Shown piece by piece: positions 63,493-64,000 of a stretch of 64,000 bases of DNA. How positions within the stretch are numbered: position 1 is the stretch's first letter; each line of letters begins with the position of its first letter. A program made the position numbers and the translations under genes. This DNA is from Chlorokybus atmophyticus (lineage: Eukaryota > Plantae > Mesostigma and Chlorokybus algae), in assembly GCA_009103225.1 (NCBI GenBank), contig RHPI01002533.1, positions 1,431,186 through 1,495,185 of the forward strand. The letters run 5' to 3'. Under the pieces are notes generated by a model, which worked only from the letters and a program-made list of their open reading frames with translations, made no database searches and had not been told where the DNA came from.

Positions 63493-64000
63493 CTGCCTCT
63501 AAGTTCACTTCGTCCCCAAGAGGCCAGGCAGTGAGCAAACAAACACCTCAACTGCAACCTTGCTACTTTCGCCTTCTCCACCTGTCTCGACCCACCCCAA
63601 CAACAGCAGAATGAATGGATTCAACACGTGTATGGACACACACAGTAGGCACTCACACGCCCAACCGACGAGGTGCTGCACTGCCGCCGCCGCCTGCGCC
63701 ACAGCCAGCAACAGCAATCTCAGCCCTAACATGTGCATGCTCACAGTGCTCATGTTCGTTGAGCACTGAACCCAGGATCAGTTCGCTAAGCCCATGCGGC
63801 TGGGCCATGCACCCAAACACTGATCCGAGCGGATGATTGGGCTCAATGATCCTGCTTGCCTCACTGATCACGTTGATCACTGATGACACACTGGCCGAAA
63901 TAGCCCGAGATTGCAGCCTGCCAGGCTTCAGCGCCGGCGGCGGCGGATGCTCAGCATGCAGGCTACGGGGAGGCTATCATCGTTGCTCTTCAGGTTTGTG

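Noticed and set aside
63653-64000. Possible exon(s) of another gene at the right edge
   Set aside because: Strand and frame cannot be decided and no motif is recognised.

Overview
Intron-rich eukaryotic nuclear DNA from a green alga (Viridiplantae). The basis is short GT-AG introns, plant-like HCF164, ISE2, SOS4/PdxK, DER1 and SmE homologues, and an Sfi1-like centriolar protein implying a flagellate stage. There are three scaffold gaps (14885-15116, a single N at 24566, 29000-29279). Genes read by manual exon joining: two divergently oriented mTERF-like paralogues, a FYRN/FYRC + ISE2/Ski2-like DExH helicase apparently encoded as one transcript, acetoacetyl-CoA synthetase, HCF164 thioredoxin, Sfi1-like protein, F-box/LRR protein, NAD(P)-binding epimerase-like protein, SDR, secreted GDPD, an A20/Cezanne/TRABID-family OTU deubiquitinase, SmE, pyridoxal kinase and Derlin. 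Mobile DNA comprises an RLE-type non-LTR relic, a decayed intron-containing pogo element, a Ty1/copia (hemivirus-type PBS) 5' half, and a MITE-like TIR element. The pogo TIRs bracket the copia fragment plus an apparently identical 3.63 kb copy of a locus 10.5 kb downstream. No rRNA, tRNA or CRISPR array was recognised. All family assignments are from remembered motifs; no database search was run.
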